32,000 bases of DNA, from assembly GCA_022646745.1 (NCBI GenBank), contig CP060262.1, positions 3,150,001 to 3,182,000 on the forward strand, given 5' to 3'. Source of the stretch: Planctomycetales bacterium. GTDB lineage: Bacteria > 4484-113 > JAFGCY01. Positions 31,719 through 32,000 of the stretch are shown in pieces. The translations under genes and the position numbers were made by a program. The notes beneath the pieces are model-generated. The model saw nothing but the letters and a program-made list of their open reading frames with translations. It was not told the origin of the DNA and did not search any database. Position 1 is the first letter of the stretch; each line of letters begins with the position of its first letter.

Positions 31719-32000
31719 GCCGCAAGACCCGCAGTGGAGACAAGGCCCGCACCGGTGTCTTGGTGACGGGCGCTAGCAGCGGGATCGGCGAGGCAATTGC
31801 GCTCGAGTTCGCGGCACGGGAGCATGACGTTTTCCTTGTTGCCAGGAATGAACAGCGACTGGCGGAACTGGCCCAACGCTGCCGCACGGAGTATTCCGTC
31901 AACGCGGCATATCTGGTATGCGACCTGTCGAAGCCTGATGCTGCTGAAATCGTCCACAACTGGATCCGCAAGCAAGGCTTCAGTGTGGATATCCTTGTCA
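31715..32000 (+). CDS. Short-chain dehydrogenase/reductase (SDR) family oxidoreductase, N-terminal part; 3' end lies outside the window
   Basis: The GTG start overlaps the hutH stop (GTGA). The translation is VSRKTRSGDKARTGVLVTGASSGIGEAIALEFAAREHDVFLVARNEQRLAELA..., with the TGxxxGxG Rossmann motif. The frame stays open to the window end. Confidence 0.75.
   Translation, partial: MSRKTRSGDKARTGVLVTGASSGIGEAIALEFAAREHDVFLVARNEQRLAELAQRCRTEYSVNAAYLVCDLSKPDAAEIVHNWIRKQGFSVDILV

Noticed and set aside
1-32000. Mobile elements, CRISPR arrays, prophage or defence islands, and biosynthetic gene clusters
   Set aside because: I saw no transposase, integrase or recombinase motifs, no direct-repeat/spacer arrays, no terminal inverted repeats flanking the low-GC gene, and no PKS/NRPS/RiPP hallmarks. 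The region next to the tRNA carries housekeeping tig rather than an integrated element.

Overview
This is a 32-kb chromosomal segment. Hand counts of sampled 60-nt blocks give about 57-62% G+C in most genes. Both strands are densely coding: 26 protein-coding genes (two cut by the window edges) and one tRNA-Gly(GCC). I recognised no rRNA, CRISPR array, transposase, integrase or phage gene. The housekeeping backbone is glmS, rpsL-rpsG-fusA (str operon without tuf), phoH plus a 7TM-HD (PgpH-like) phosphohydrolase, tig, hutI-hutH, mazG, a MATE exporter and an MgtC-family protein. Mixed in is a lot of envelope and secreted content, which suggests a diderm, flagellated, probably uncultivated-lineage bacterium. 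This content includes a dockerin-tagged S8 protease and a 791-aa lipoprotein fusing cohesin-like, dockerin-like, 2x FN3, Ig-like and C-terminal CGPC thioredoxin domains. It also includes an orphan 542-aa outer-membrane beta-barrel apparently co-transcribed with a TlpA-like (CIPC) thioredoxin, and a 1221-aa tandemly duplicated FG-GAP/ASPIC (CRTAC1-like) lipoprotein. A SdiA-regulated/YjiK-like propeller and a low-GC membrane-anchored PQQ-like propeller complete the set. The best candidate for an undescribed system is the thioredoxin / beta-barrel / cohesin-dockerin-thioredoxin lipoprotein cluster at 5140-10001, possibly linked by cohesin-dockerin docking to the S8 protease at 1974-3680. The second candidate is an isolated fliS / FlgN-like / ComFB three-gene operon at 3732-4989. 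All functional calls come from motif recognition by eye. None was checked by HMM, structure or database search. ORF-track coordinates include the stop codon, and so do mine.
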